Assembly (NCBI GenBank): GCA_965204535.1
Contig: OZ241996.1
Location: forward strand, 1,248,001 to 1,312,000
Reading direction: 5' to 3'
Length of the DNA stretch: 64,000 nucleotides
Source of the DNA: a bacterium
GTDB taxonomy: Bacteria > UBA8248
In this document: positions 1-9,180 of the stretch, in pieces
Position numbering within the stretch: position 1 is the first letter of the stretch
How the letters are laid out: every line of letters begins with the position of its first letter
Position numbers and translations under genes: made by a program
The notes under the pieces: generated by a model
Told to the model about the DNA's origin: nothing
Seen by the model: only the letters and a program-made list of their open reading frames with translations
Databases searched by the model: none

Positions 1-715
1 CATGAAAGACGGCGACGCTCTGGTGGTTGCGCATGGCTTCAACCTGAATTATGGGCAAATCATTCCCCCCGAGAACATCGACGTCGTGATGATCGCGCCC
101 AAAAGCCCGGGTCATACAATGCGGTTCCAATACGAGGATGGACGCGGCGTGCCGGGTCTGGTGGCCGTTTTCCAGAACGCCACGGGCAAGGCGAAGGAGT
201 ACGCCCTGGCTTACGGCAAGGCGGTGGGCTGTGCCCGCGCCGGCATCATCGAGACGACCATCGAGGAGGAGACCGAGACGGACCTCTTCGGCGAGCAGGC
301 GGTGCTGTGCGGCGGCATCACCGAGTTGATTCGCGTCGCGTTCGAGACGCTCGTGGAGGCCGGCTACCAGCCCGCACTGGCGTATTTCGAGTGTTTGCAT
401 GAGGTGAAGCTGATTACCGACCTGATTTACCAGGGCGGCATCACCATGATGCGCTATTCGGTTTCCGATACGGCCGAATACGGAGACATCACGCGGGGCA
501 AGGTCGTGATCGACGATGCGACGCGCGAGCGGATGCGCGGAATCCTGCGCGACATCCAGACCGGCAAATTCGCCAGCGAGTGGATCAATGAGAACATGGT
601 GAACCGGCCGACGTTCAACACCGTGGTGCGCAAGGAGAAAGAGCACGACATCGAGGTGGTCGGCCGGCGTCTGCGTGCGATGATGCCCTGGATTGAGGAG
701 CGCGAGGTGAAATAA
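1..715 (+). CDS. ilvC: ketol-acid reductoisomerase, 3' part (gene begins before the window)
   Basis: Motifs [56 protein letters not shown]. Confidence 0.97.
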   Translation, partial: MKDGDALVVAHGFNLNYGQIIPPENIDVVMIAPKSPGHTMRFQYEDGRGVPGLVAVFQNATGKAKEYALAYGKAVGCARAGIIETTIEEETETDLFGEQAVLCGGITELIRVAFETLVEAGYQPALAYFECLHEVKLITDLIYQGGITMMRYSVSDTAEYGDITRGKVVIDDATRERMRGILRDIQTGKFASEWINENMVNRPTFNTVVRKEKEHDIEVVGRRLRAMMPWIEEREVK

Positions 716-737
716 CAGGGAATTTGGGAGACATCCC

Positions 738-775
738 AACCGGCGGAGTTCGTGCGGCTCCGCCGGTTTTTCTTT
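738..775 (+). terminator. intrinsic terminator after ilvC
   Basis: AACCGGCGGAG..CTCCGCCGGTT stem followed by a T-rich tract. Confidence 0.75.
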
Positions 776-878
776 GAAAAATGTTGAATTATTTGGGGGT
801 CATGCACTCCCCGCTTGAAAGAAAAGAGAGAGCGTCGTATTCTTGAAAGACGCTGTTTTCGGCCGCCGAGAGGTAGTG

Positions 879-1355
879 ATGAGCGTTCAGAAAATAAAAT
901 TTCTCATCGCGGGCATGATCATCGTGAGCGCTTTCGCCTATCTGGCCATTTCAGGGTTCCAGAGCGAGAACCTGGTGTATTTCCTGACCGTGGATGAGGT
1001 TTCCCAAAAGGCGCCGACTCTGGGCGGCCGGGGCATCAGGGTACAGGGCAAGATCGTGCCTCGGACGCTTCAGAAAAATCCCGACGCCATGTTGCTCGCC
1101 TTCCATATTCAGGGCGAGAAGGGGACTTTGCCCGTCAGCTACAAGGGGGTTCCCCCCGATTTGCTCGAAAACGGGTTTCCGGTCATCGCCGAGGGAAAAC
1201 TCGACGCCAAGGGAGTCTTGGTGGCGAAGAACTTGATGGTCGCATGCCCCTCGAAGTTCGAAGAGATGAAAGAAGCGGGCGAAAGCATGCCGACGGATCA
1301 CGAGGCCTTGATGAAAGAAGCCGCGAAGCGCAAACAGATGTCAGAGGCCAGATAA
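879..1355 (+). CDS. ccmE: cytochrome c maturation heme chaperone CcmE, Cys-type (CPSKF)
   Basis: N-terminal TM anchor, YFLTV, RVQG, YKGVPPDL, VIAEG, ACPSKF; directly upstream of ccmF. Confidence 0.9.
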   Translation: MSVQKIKFLIAGMIIVSAFAYLAISGFQSENLVYFLTVDEVSQKAPTLGGRGIRVQGKIVPRTLQKNPDAMLLAFHIQGEKGTLPVSYKGVPPDLLENGFPVIAEGKLDAKGVLVAKNLMVACPSKFEEMKEAGESMPTDHEALMKEAAKRKQMSEAR

Positions 1356-1428
1356 CTCAAGAGCCCGCGAAAACGGACCATGTCCCTCATGTCGTCTTGA
1401 AAATCCGCTCCATCCCGGGAGTTCTCAG

Positions 1429-3393
1429 TTGATCGCCATTCAGTTCGGACACTACAGCTTGCTGGCATCTCTCGTCCTGTCGGTGTTCGGAATAGGGGCC
1501 TGCATCCTCGGCGCGATAAAGCGCAGGGCCGACCTCATCGCGGCAGGTAGAAACGCCGCCGTCGGTGTTTTCTGGCTGGTGAGCGGCGCGAGCGCGTGTC
1601 TCATTTACCTGCTCATGGTGCGCGACTACCGCGTGGAGTACGTGGCCGGGCACGTCAACAACACGCTGAACGGGTTTTACCGCTTCAGCGCGTTCTGGGG
1701 GGGGCAGGAGGGGAGCCTGCTGATGTGGCTCCTGCTCTTGTGCGTGTATGCGTTCGTCGTCATCCTGCAAAACCGCGACAGGAACCTGGAGCTGATGCCC
1801 TACGTGACGGCCACGCTGATGGCCACGGCGCTGTTCTTTCTCATAATTCTCAATTTCGTCACCCCGCCCTTCGACACGCTCCCCACCCCGCCTGCGGACG
1901 GACGCGGCCTGAACCCGCTCCTTCAGGACTGGGGGATGGTGATCCACCCGCCCAACCTGTACCTGGGCTACGTGGGTTTCGCCGTTCCATTCGCCTTTTG
2001 CATCGGCGCTCTGGCGAGCGGAAAGCTCGACACCGACTGGATCACCTCGACGCGCCGCTGGACGCTGTTCGCATGGTTCTTCAACGGGGTCGGCATTCTG
2101 CTGGGCGGCGCATGGGCCTACAAGGAACTGGGCTGGGGCGGATACTGGGCGTGGGACCCGGTGGAGAACGCGAGCCTCATGCCCTGGCTCGTGGGAACCG
2201 CTTTTCTTCACTCGGTGATGATTCAGGAAAAACGCGGGATGCTCAAGGTCTGGAACGTCTCGCTCATCATCATCACATACGCCCTCACGATTTTTGGCAC
2301 TTTCCTCACGAGAAGCGGCATCATCTCGAGCGTGCACGCCTTTGCGAACTCATCGTTCGGCTGGGCGTTTCTGGTCTATCTGCTGGTGGCGCTCGTCATA
2401 TCCTTCAGCCTGATGATCTGGCGTCTGCCCCAGCTTCAAAGCGAGCACGAGATGGAGAGCTTCTTTTCGCGTGAAGCGAGCTTTCTGCTCAACAACGTCG
2501 TGCTCGTCGGCATCACGTTCGCCGTCTTCTGGGGGACGATTTTCCCGGTCGTCTCGGAAGCCGTGAAAGGGGTCAAGGTCACCGTGGGGCCGCCGTTCTT
2601 CAATCAGGTGAACGTGCCGATAGGTCTTTTGCTGATCTTGCTTTGCGGCGCAGGGCCTCTTTTCGCTTGGCGGAGGACATCGCGAAAACAGATGAACAGG
2701 AGTTTCGTCTATCCCTCCGTGGTGGCGTTGGGCGCTCTTCTCGTCCTGGTGCTCTTCGGCGTGCATCACGTCTACGCGGCGCTCGCGTTCGGTCTGAGTG
2801 CGTTCGTAGTGGGAACTATCGTTTTGGAGTATTGGCGGGGGACCTCTTCGCGCGTGCGTCACCAGGGAGAGCGCATCGCCCGGGCCGCGTGGGAGCTCAC
2901 CATGCGCAACAAGAGGCGCTTCGGGGGCTATATCGTTCACCTGGGGATGGCGATATTGTTCGTGGGCGTGGCGGCGTCCTCGGCCTATCAGGAAGTGGGC
3001 GAGGTGCGCCTTCGCCTGGGCGAGAGTTTCGCGTTAAACGGCGTGCGGATGCGCTATGAAGGGATTCGCGAGAGCGCGACGCCGCAATACCGCTCCGCCT
3101 TCGCGCGCCTGGGGGTCTACCGGGCGGGATATCGCATCGGAGAGGTGGAACCGGAAAAAAGGCTCTATTTCACGCCGCCGCAGCCGACGACGGAACCCGG
3201 TATCCGCCGGGGGGCGCGTTCGGATATTTACGCCGTTTTCGCCGAGGCGGACCCGGACGGTACCGCCACGTTCAAGTTCATGGTGAACCCGCTGGTGAAC
3301 TGGGTATGGGCGGGAGGCGTCGTCTTTACGCTCGGTTCCATCGTCTGCTTCTTGCCTGAGCGCTGGGGCAGGCGAAGAAAAAAGCAGGCTTAA
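1429..3393 (+). CDS. ccmF: heme lyase CcmF
   Basis: WGGQEGSLL, GLNPLLQ, HPPNLYLGY, WGGYWAWDPVENASLMPWL, LTRSGIISSVHAF. Confidence 0.97.
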   Translation: MIAIQFGHYSLLASLVLSVFGIGACILGAIKRRADLIAAGRNAAVGVFWLVSGASACLIYLLMVRDYRVEYVAGHVNNTLNGFYRFSAFWGGQEGSLLMWLLLLCVYAFVVILQNRDRNLELMPYVTATLMATALFFLIILNFVTPPFDTLPTPPADGRGLNPLLQDWGMVIHPPNLYLGYVGFAVPFAFCIGALASGKLDTDWITSTRRWTLFAWFFNGVGILLGGAWAYKELGWGGYWAWDPVENASLMPWLVGTAFLHSVMIQEKRGMLKVWNVSLIIITYALTIFGTFLTRSGIISSVHAFANSSFGWAFLVYLLVALVISFSLMIWRLPQLQSEHEMESFFSREASFLLNNVVLVGITFAVFWGTIFPVVSEAVKGVKVTVGPPFFNQVNVPIGLLLILLCGAGPLFAWRRTSRKQMNRSFVYPSVVALGALLVLVLFGVHHVYAALAFGLSAFVVGTIVLEYWRGTSSRVRHQGERIARAAWELTMRNKRRFGGYIVHLGMAILFVGVAASSAYQEVGEVRLRLGESFALNGVRMRYEGIRESATPQYRSAFARLGVYRAGYRIGEVEPEKRLYFTPPQPTTEPGIRRGARSDIYAVFAEADPDGTATFKFMVNPLVNWVWAGGVVFTLGSIVCFLPERWGRRRKKQA

Positions 3394-3396
3394 AGC

Positions 3397-4005
3397 ATGG
3401 AGATTCTCGGCGTTATCATCGCTTGCGGGGCGGTCGGCGCGGCTTTTTTCTACACCCTTTGGCCCATCATGCGCCCTCAGACGGCCGAGGGCGTCTTGCC
3501 GGATGAAGAAAGTGCGCAGCCGCTTTCGAACCGCGAGTTGGCGCGGCTGTTGATGGAACGCGAGCAGGCCTACAAGAACATCATGGATATCGAGTTCGAC
3601 AAGGAAATGGGCAAGCTCTCGGATGAAGACTACGCCCAGATGATGACGCCCGCCCGCGCCCATGCGGTAGATGTTCTCAGGCGTTTAGACGCCCGGGGAG
3701 TGAAGGAGGGGATGGCGCCCCTGCAGATGAACGAGCGCGAGGCGGCGCAGACGGCGGCCCGGCTCGAAACAAAACGCCCGCCTTCCGAGATAGTCGCGGC
3801 TCAGAAACCGCCCTCGCTGGATGAGCGTCTGGAAGCGGAAATCCTGCGCTACAGGAAAAGTGCGAGCGAATCGCAAGATGAATCTGCCGATTCGTCATCG
3901 GGTGAACAAGAGAAAAGTATGAAACCCCGGTTTTGCGCTTCTTGCGGAAACGCCGTGGATGAAGCGGACAATTTCTGCGCCGCCTGTGGGCGCCGGCTAA
4001 CTTGA
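3397..4005 (+). CDS. membrane-anchored CcmI-like N-terminal / zinc-ribbon protein
   Basis: N-terminal TM, DIEFDKEMGKLSDEDY motif, C-terminal CASC..CAAC zinc ribbon; lies in the ccm operon. Confidence 0.7.
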   Translation: MEILGVIIACGAVGAAFFYTLWPIMRPQTAEGVLPDEESAQPLSNRELARLLMEREQAYKNIMDIEFDKEMGKLSDEDYAQMMTPARAHAVDVLRRLDARGVKEGMAPLQMNEREAAQTAARLETKRPPSEIVAAQKPPSLDERLEAEILRYRKSASESQDESADSSSGEQEKSMKPRFCASCGNAVDEADNFCAACGRRLT

Positions 4006-4904
4006 AACGCATCAGGCCCGCTCGACCCCTTGTATTTCTATGCCTGTTTCTTGTCTGCTCCTCACCCGTCCTTTCATACGCAGGGCTGGCGAAGCTCCAG
4101 GCTGCGCCGCCCAAGGCGAAGGTTCAAACCTCCGGCCCCACGACGACGGACCTCTCCCGACTCAGGCTCAAGCGCAACATCCTCACCATCCGGCTGGAGA
4201 AGGGTTTTTTCGAATTCGTGGAGATGATGGATTTCGAGAACGAGGGCAGCGCCACCATCGTCTCGAAAGACGGCGCTCCCACGCTGCGCTTCGTTCTGCC
4301 GAAGAGCAGCAACATCAGAAACCCCCGCGCGCGCTGGGGCGCAGCGCCCGCAGGACTCGACCCCAAGTTCCTCACTACGGTGGGGGATGAGATCCGGACG
4401 ACCGAGCCTTTCCCGCCGGGGCGGAAGTTCGTCGTCCTGCTCTATCGCCTGGAGGATGAGTTCGGCGGGATCAGGGTGGAGAAGCCCATCATTTACGACA
4501 CCCCGAGTTTGGCCGTTCTGCCCGAGAAAGACCGCGTGCAGGCGCAGGCTCTTGGCCTTTCCGCACAGCCCGCCGTCAAGTTTCAGAACAGGGAATACAA
4601 CCGTTTCGTGGGAACGGCCAGAGCAGGTACGCTGGTGCGCATCGACGTGCAGGCACCCGATTCGATGGGTGGCCTCGGGGTATTCTACGTCGTGGGAGGC
4701 GTGGTGGTCGTCTTGAGTCTGGGGCTTGGGCTTTACATCCGCAAAAGAAGGAACACGGCTTACTCCGCTCAGGTGGAGCGCGAGGAGATATTGCGCGCCA
4801 TCGCTATACTCGATGACAGGCTCGCGGCGGGAGAAATTTCCGCCGATGAGCACGCCCGCGAGCGCACCCCGCGCTTCGAGCGCCTGAAAGAACTCTCGGA
4901 CTAA
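4002..4904 (+). CDS. exported, C-terminally anchored hypothetical protein of the ccm cluster
   Basis: Signal-like N-terminus, TM near the C-terminus, LDDRLAAGEIS motif; overlaps the upstream stop. Confidence 0.65.
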   Translation: MKRIRPARPLVFLCLFLVCSSPVLSYAGLAKLQAAPPKAKVQTSGPTTTDLSRLRLKRNILTIRLEKGFFEFVEMMDFENEGSATIVSKDGAPTLRFVLPKSSNIRNPRARWGAAPAGLDPKFLTTVGDEIRTTEPFPPGRKFVVLLYRLEDEFGGIRVEKPIIYDTPSLAVLPEKDRVQAQALGLSAQPAVKFQNREYNRFVGTARAGTLVRIDVQAPDSMGGLGVFYVVGGVVVVLSLGLGLYIRKRRNTAYSAQVEREEILRAIAILDDRLAAGEISADEHARERTPRFERLKELSD

Positions 4905-4917
4905 GAGGGCGGATGCC

Positions 4918-5622
4918 ATGCTGGAGGCTCTTGGGGTATCCAGACGCTACGGATGGAGATGGGCGCTCAGGAATTTGTCCATTGCTGTCTCCCCCGGCGA
5001 AACGCTCGCTCTTCTCGGCAAGAACGGATCGGGCAAGACTACGCTTCTCAAATCTTTTTCAGGTTTGCTCAGGCCGACCGAAGGGGTGGTTCAACTAAGC
5101 GGCGAGCCGCTCTCCCGCGAGGCGAAGAATAGAATCGGCTTGCTCTCGCACGAGCCCATGCTTTACGCGGGCTTGACGATACGTGACAACCTCGGCTACT
5201 TCGCCAAGCTCTTTGGCATGGGAAGCGGAGAAATACCGGCGCGAATTAGGCTTCTGGCGGAGACGCTCGGGATTACGGAGCGTCTCGACGAACCCGTGCG
5301 CGTCTTGAGCCAGGGTCTCAGGCAGCGCGCAGCACTTGCGCGCGCGCTTATACACGACCCCGAGGTCGTATTGCTCGATGAACCTTTCTCCGGTCTCGAC
5401 CCGGATGCCGGCGAACGCCTGGAAAATGTCGTGCGTGCGCTTTGCGAGGGTCGAGAACGAATCGTGGTGTTCACGACGCACGACCTGCCAAAAGCCTTCG
5501 ATATGGCGGGCAAAATCGTCGTTCTGGCCGGGGGCGGGCTGGTCTATGAGGGGAGTGCTGATAATTCAAGCGCAGAAGAAGTGCTAGCTGCGTTCGATGA
5601 ATCCCCCGGAGGCGCGGCATGA
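4918..5622 (+). CDS. ccmA: heme ABC exporter ATP-binding protein
   Basis: Walker A GKNGSGKT, LSQGLRQR, LLDEPFSGLD; precedes ccmB/ccmC. Confidence 0.92.
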   Translation: MLEALGVSRRYGWRWALRNLSIAVSPGETLALLGKNGSGKTTLLKSFSGLLRPTEGVVQLSGEPLSREAKNRIGLLSHEPMLYAGLTIRDNLGYFAKLFGMGSGEIPARIRLLAETLGITERLDEPVRVLSQGLRQRAALARALIHDPEVVLLDEPFSGLDPDAGERLENVVRALCEGRERIVVFTTHDLPKAFDMAGKIVVLAGGGLVYEGSADNSSAEEVLAAFDESPGGAA

Positions 5623-6308
5623 GGCGCTTTTTCTCCGTGCTCTCAGCGGTGGTCGAAAAAGATTTGCGCCTCGAATGGCGGACGAAGGAAAGCCTCCTCG
5701 TCATGGTGGTTTTCGCGCTGCTTGTGCTCACGCTGTTCAGCTTCGCCTTCGGCCCCGGAGGCGGGAGCGGGGAGAACGCCCGCGCCGTGAAGGCGGGCAT
5801 CTTGTGGATATCGTTTTTATTCGCCTGTGTCATCGGGCTGTCCCGCACCATGGGCGTGGAGCGTGAGAGCGCGGGTTTTACTGCCATGTACGCGAGTCCG
5901 GCGGATCCTTCCGCTCTGTATCTGGGCAAAGTGGTGTCCGCGGCTGTTTTGATGGGAATCATGGAGTTGGTGGGCTTCGCCGTTCTGGCGGTTCTCTATC
6001 GAGTGGATGTGTGGAAATCGGCCGGTGCGCTGGCGCTCATCGCCATCTCCGCCACGCTTGGAATCGCGGCCGCCGGCGCCATGTTCGCCGCTATGAGCGC
6101 TCGTACGCGAACGCGAGAGGTTTTGCTGCCCGTATTGATGTTTCCCGTTCTCGTGCCCGTCCTGATCGCCGCCGTCAAGGCGACCGAAGCCCATCTCGGC
6201 GGCGGAGGATGGGCGGATTCGAAGGATTGGATTCGCTTGATGTTGGTGTATGATGTGATATTCTTGGTGGCCGCCTCTTTGCTGTTTGAATATATATTAG
6301 AAGAATAA
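5619..6308 (+). CDS. ccmB: heme exporter membrane protein CcmB
   Basis: KDLRLEWR, about 6 TM, REVLLPVLMFPVLVPVLI. Confidence 0.93.
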   Translation: MRRFFSVLSAVVEKDLRLEWRTKESLLVMVVFALLVLTLFSFAFGPGGGSGENARAVKAGILWISFLFACVIGLSRTMGVERESAGFTAMYASPADPSALYLGKVVSAAVLMGIMELVGFAVLAVLYRVDVWKSAGALALIAISATLGIAAAGAMFAAMSARTRTREVLLPVLMFPVLVPVLIAAVKATEAHLGGGGWADSKDWIRLMLVYDVIFLVAASLLFEYILEE

Positions 6309-6387
6309 TATCAATGTATTGCATTCATGTATTTATGAAAATACTTTATGTTCTGCCACTGCTCCGAGTCGCCAGGGAGGTTGCCTG

Positions 6388-7083
6388 ATGGGCCATGATG
6401 GGCGGAGAGCGTTCGGGTGGTTGCCGGTTTTGGCCTTGTGCGTCCTTGTCTTCGCCATTTTTGCGAATTTCTTCATCGCGGGAACCGACAGGCTCCAGGG
6501 GCCGCCGCAGCGGATTTTCTATATCCACGTGCCATCGGCCTGGGTGGCGTTTTTCGCCTTTTTCCTGGTGTTCATTTTTTCGATTAAATATCTGGCGAAA
6601 AGGAATCCGGACGACGACATCCGCGCGCACGCCTGCGCGGAGGCGGGAGTCGTTTTCTGCACGCTGGTGCTCATCACCGGGCCTATCTGGGCGCGCCCGG
6701 TCTGGGGCGTATGGTGGACTTGGGACGCGCGCCTCACCACCACGCTCATCCTGTGGATGATTTACGTGGGCTATCTCATGCTGCGCGCCTACATGACGGA
6801 ACCCGAGCAAAGGGCGCGATTCGCCGCCGTGATGGGGATCATCGGCTTTCTGAACGTACCCATCGTGCATATGTCGGTGGAATGGTGGCGTACGCTCCAT
6901 CCCAAACCCGTGGTGATGCGCTCGGGCGGATTGAGGGATCTGCCCGATTCCATGCACGTCGCGTTGTGGAGTTCCCTGCTGGCCTTTATGCTCCTGTTCG
7001 TGTGTTTTGCCCGTAAACGCGCGCAAATCGAGCGTCTGAACGCGCGGGTGGAAGAGGCGCGCGCCGCACGGGAGGGAGGGTGA
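6388..7083 (+). CDS. ccmC: heme delivery protein CcmC
   Basis: RIFYIHVP, WARPVWGVWWTWDARLT (WWD domain), WWRTLHP; ATG after GGAGG. Confidence 0.95.
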   Translation: MGHDGRRAFGWLPVLALCVLVFAIFANFFIAGTDRLQGPPQRIFYIHVPSAWVAFFAFFLVFIFSIKYLAKRNPDDDIRAHACAEAGVVFCTLVLITGPIWARPVWGVWWTWDARLTTTLILWMIYVGYLMLRAYMTEPEQRARFAAVMGIIGFLNVPIVHMSVEWWRTLHPKPVVMRSGGLRDLPDSMHVALWSSLLAFMLLFVCFARKRAQIERLNARVEEARAAREGG

Positions 7084-7214
7084 TGGGTTACGTGGCGGCG
7101 GCGTACATCGTCGTTCTGGGTGGATTTGCGCTTTATTGGTGGACTCTCAAGGCGCGGATGGATATTTTGGTGGAGGAGGAGAAAAAACTGAACCCCAGGA
7201 GAGATTCTCCATGA
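7083..7214 (+). CDS. ccmD: CcmD-like small membrane protein, 43 aa, absent from the ORF track
   Basis: MGYVAAAYIVVLGGFALYWWTLKARMDILVEEEKKLNPRRDSP; TGATG overlap with ccmC and ATGA overlap with ccmH; hydrophobic N-terminus with charged tail. Confidence 0.8.
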   Translation: MGYVAAAYIVVLGGFALYWWTLKARMDILVEEEKKLNPRRDSP

Positions 7215-7699
7215 TGCGTTTTGGGCTCGCCTTGTGCCTGCTGGTCGTCTTGTGTCTCTATTCAGTAGCTCAGGCCGCCTCGCCGGGCGCCAAGACCACA
7301 TTCTCAGAAGTGGCGGGCGCCCTCATGAGTCCGGTGTGTCCCGGGAAACTGCTGCACGACTGCCCCAGCAGCGAGGGAGCGCAACTCCGCGAACTCGTGC
7401 GCCGCAAGATATTCGCCGGGGAGTCGAAAGAGCAGATTGTCCGGTATTTCGTCGAGGTATACGGCCGGGATGTTTTGCCGAAACCCCCGGCGGAGGGTTT
7501 TTATCTCACCGCCTGGCTTCTTCCCTTCGGGGGGGTGCTGGCGGGTTTCGGCGTGGTCTTCGTTCTGGTGAGGTCGTGGACGAAACGCCCCGACGACGCC
7601 GGGCAAAGCGAGGAAATGGAAGAAGTCCCACAAGACGCCGCCTCGGATGATCCCTTGGGCAACCGCCTGAAACGCGAACTTGGTGATTTCGAGGGTTGA
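7211..7699 (+). CDS. ccmH: cytochrome c biogenesis protein CcmH
   Basis: Signal peptide, LMSPVCPG..HDCPS, YFVEVYG..VL..PP, AWLLP followed by TM. Confidence 0.85.
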   Translation: MMRFGLALCLLVVLCLYSVAQAASPGAKTTFSEVAGALMSPVCPGKLLHDCPSSEGAQLRELVRRKIFAGESKEQIVRYFVEVYGRDVLPKPPAEGFYLTAWLLPFGGVLAGFGVVFVLVRSWTKRPDDAGQSEEMEEVPQDAASDDPLGNRLKRELGDFEG

Positions 7700-7730
7700 G
7701 CCGCCATACTCCGCAAGTCGAGAGTTTTCA

Positions 7731-8414
7731 ATGAACTATAATCCCAAAAGTGAACTCGGCAGAAATCTCGATGGCTTCTCCCCACACCGCCGGAGCATCA
7801 AGTGGCGGCTGATTGGGATGGTCATCAGCCTGATCCTGGTTGTCTGGATGATCGTGTATTTCGGCAATCAAGCAGAGCAGCCGACACAGGAGGCGGAGAG
7901 AAAGCAGGCACAACTGGCGCCGAAGGAGAGCGAAGGGGATGACGCCGGCTTGTACCACGACATGATTTTTCTCAAACAGGTCAAGCGCGCCGATGCCCCG
8001 GGTGTATTGCTCAAAACCCTGGACGGGCAGAATCACTCTCTCACACAGCATGCGGGAAAGCTCGTCCTGGTGAATTTCTGGGCGACGTGGTGCCAGCCGT
8101 GCATCCGGGAAATGCCCTCGATGGAGCGGCTTTATGCGAAATACAAGCCGAGTGGTCTCGAGATCGTGGCGATATCGCTGGATCAGGGTAATGAAGATGA
8201 TGTGCGCGAATTCGTCGCGAAGCTGAAACTGACTTTCCCCATCGTCCTCGACCCTGAGCACAAGGCGAAGGCGCTCTACAAGGTGCGGGGCCTGCCGACG
8301 ACATATCTCCTGGACAGGCAAGGCCAAGTAGCGGGCTACGGTGTTGGCCCCCGCGAATGGGACAGCGAGGCCGCCTTCGCTCTCGTAGGGCACTTGCTTG
8401 ATGAGAAAAGTTGA
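7731..8414 (+). CDS. TlpA/ResA-family thiol-disulfide oxidoreductase
   Basis: TM anchor, VNFWATWCQPCIREMP, GLPTT. Confidence 0.9.
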   Translation: MNYNPKSELGRNLDGFSPHRRSIKWRLIGMVISLILVVWMIVYFGNQAEQPTQEAERKQAQLAPKESEGDDAGLYHDMIFLKQVKRADAPGVLLKTLDGQNHSLTQHAGKLVLVNFWATWCQPCIREMPSMERLYAKYKPSGLEIVAISLDQGNEDDVREFVAKLKLTFPIVLDPEHKAKALYKVRGLPTTYLLDRQGQVAGYGVGPREWDSEAAFALVGHLLDEKS

Positions 8415-8418
8415 AGGT

Positions 8419-9006
8419 ATGGAAGCGTCAAAAAGATCGAATCCCGATCAGCGAAAGGCCAAGCGGCTGGCCCTTTCGTTCATCCTGGCCCCGGTGCTGC
8501 TGACGCTGCTCTGGGCGGTGGGCGAGCGCCTGACGACCGAACGTGTCGAAGAAGCGCCCGTGACCAGTCTGGAAATCGGTGCTCAGGTTCCCCCTTTTGA
8601 ATACCCGCTGCTGGGCGGTGGAAGCGCCTCTCTTGTAAGCCGGAAGGACAAGGTGGTGCTCATCAACGTGTGGGCTACATGGTGCGTTCCGTGCCTGGAT
8701 GAGATGCCGGATTTGCAGCGCCTCTACGCCCGGATGAAAAAAGACGGCGCGCCGTTCGAGATACTGGCGGTGAGCATCGACGCCCTGGGAGCGGACGCGG
8801 TCCGGAAATTCGTCGACCGCTTCGGCCTCACGTTCCCGATTCTGCTCGACCCGCGCGGGAGCATCAAGAAGCTCTACCGCACGACCGGCGTGCCGGAGAC
8901 GTTCATCGTGGACCGCCAGGGCCGTCTACTGCAGAAGATCATCGGCGCCCGCAAATGGGATGCGCCTGCGATTGTCGAATACCTCAAGCGGGCCGCTGGC
9001 TCCTAG
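8419..9006 (+). CDS. second TlpA/ResA (CcmG-like) thiol-disulfide oxidoreductase
   Basis: TM anchor, INVWATWCVPCLDEMP, GVPETF. Confidence 0.9.
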   Translation: MEASKRSNPDQRKAKRLALSFILAPVLLTLLWAVGERLTTERVEEAPVTSLEIGAQVPPFEYPLLGGGSASLVSRKDKVVLINVWATWCVPCLDEMPDLQRLYARMKKDGAPFEILAVSIDALGADAVRKFVDRFGLTFPILLDPRGSIKKLYRTTGVPETFIVDRQGRLLQKIIGARKWDAPAIVEYLKRAAGS

Positions 9007-9087
9007 GTGAATATCCTGAAGCGTCCAATCTTCGGCATCTGGATTTCGCATTCAAGAATGGCAATATGACGATCAACAACGAACTAC

Positions 9088-9158
9088 GGGCGGACACACG
9101 GGTCCGCCCCTACGGGGTACGCGAATGGTTTCGTAGGGGAGAACCTGTGTGTTCTCCC
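9088..9158. repeat. pair of GTAG-type REP palindromes between convergent genes
   Basis: GGGCGGAC-ACACGG-GTCCGCCCCTAC and GTAGGGGAGAAC-CTGTGT-GTTCTCCC. Confidence 0.75.
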
Positions 9159-9180
9159 GCATTCGCTTCCATGAAGTGCT

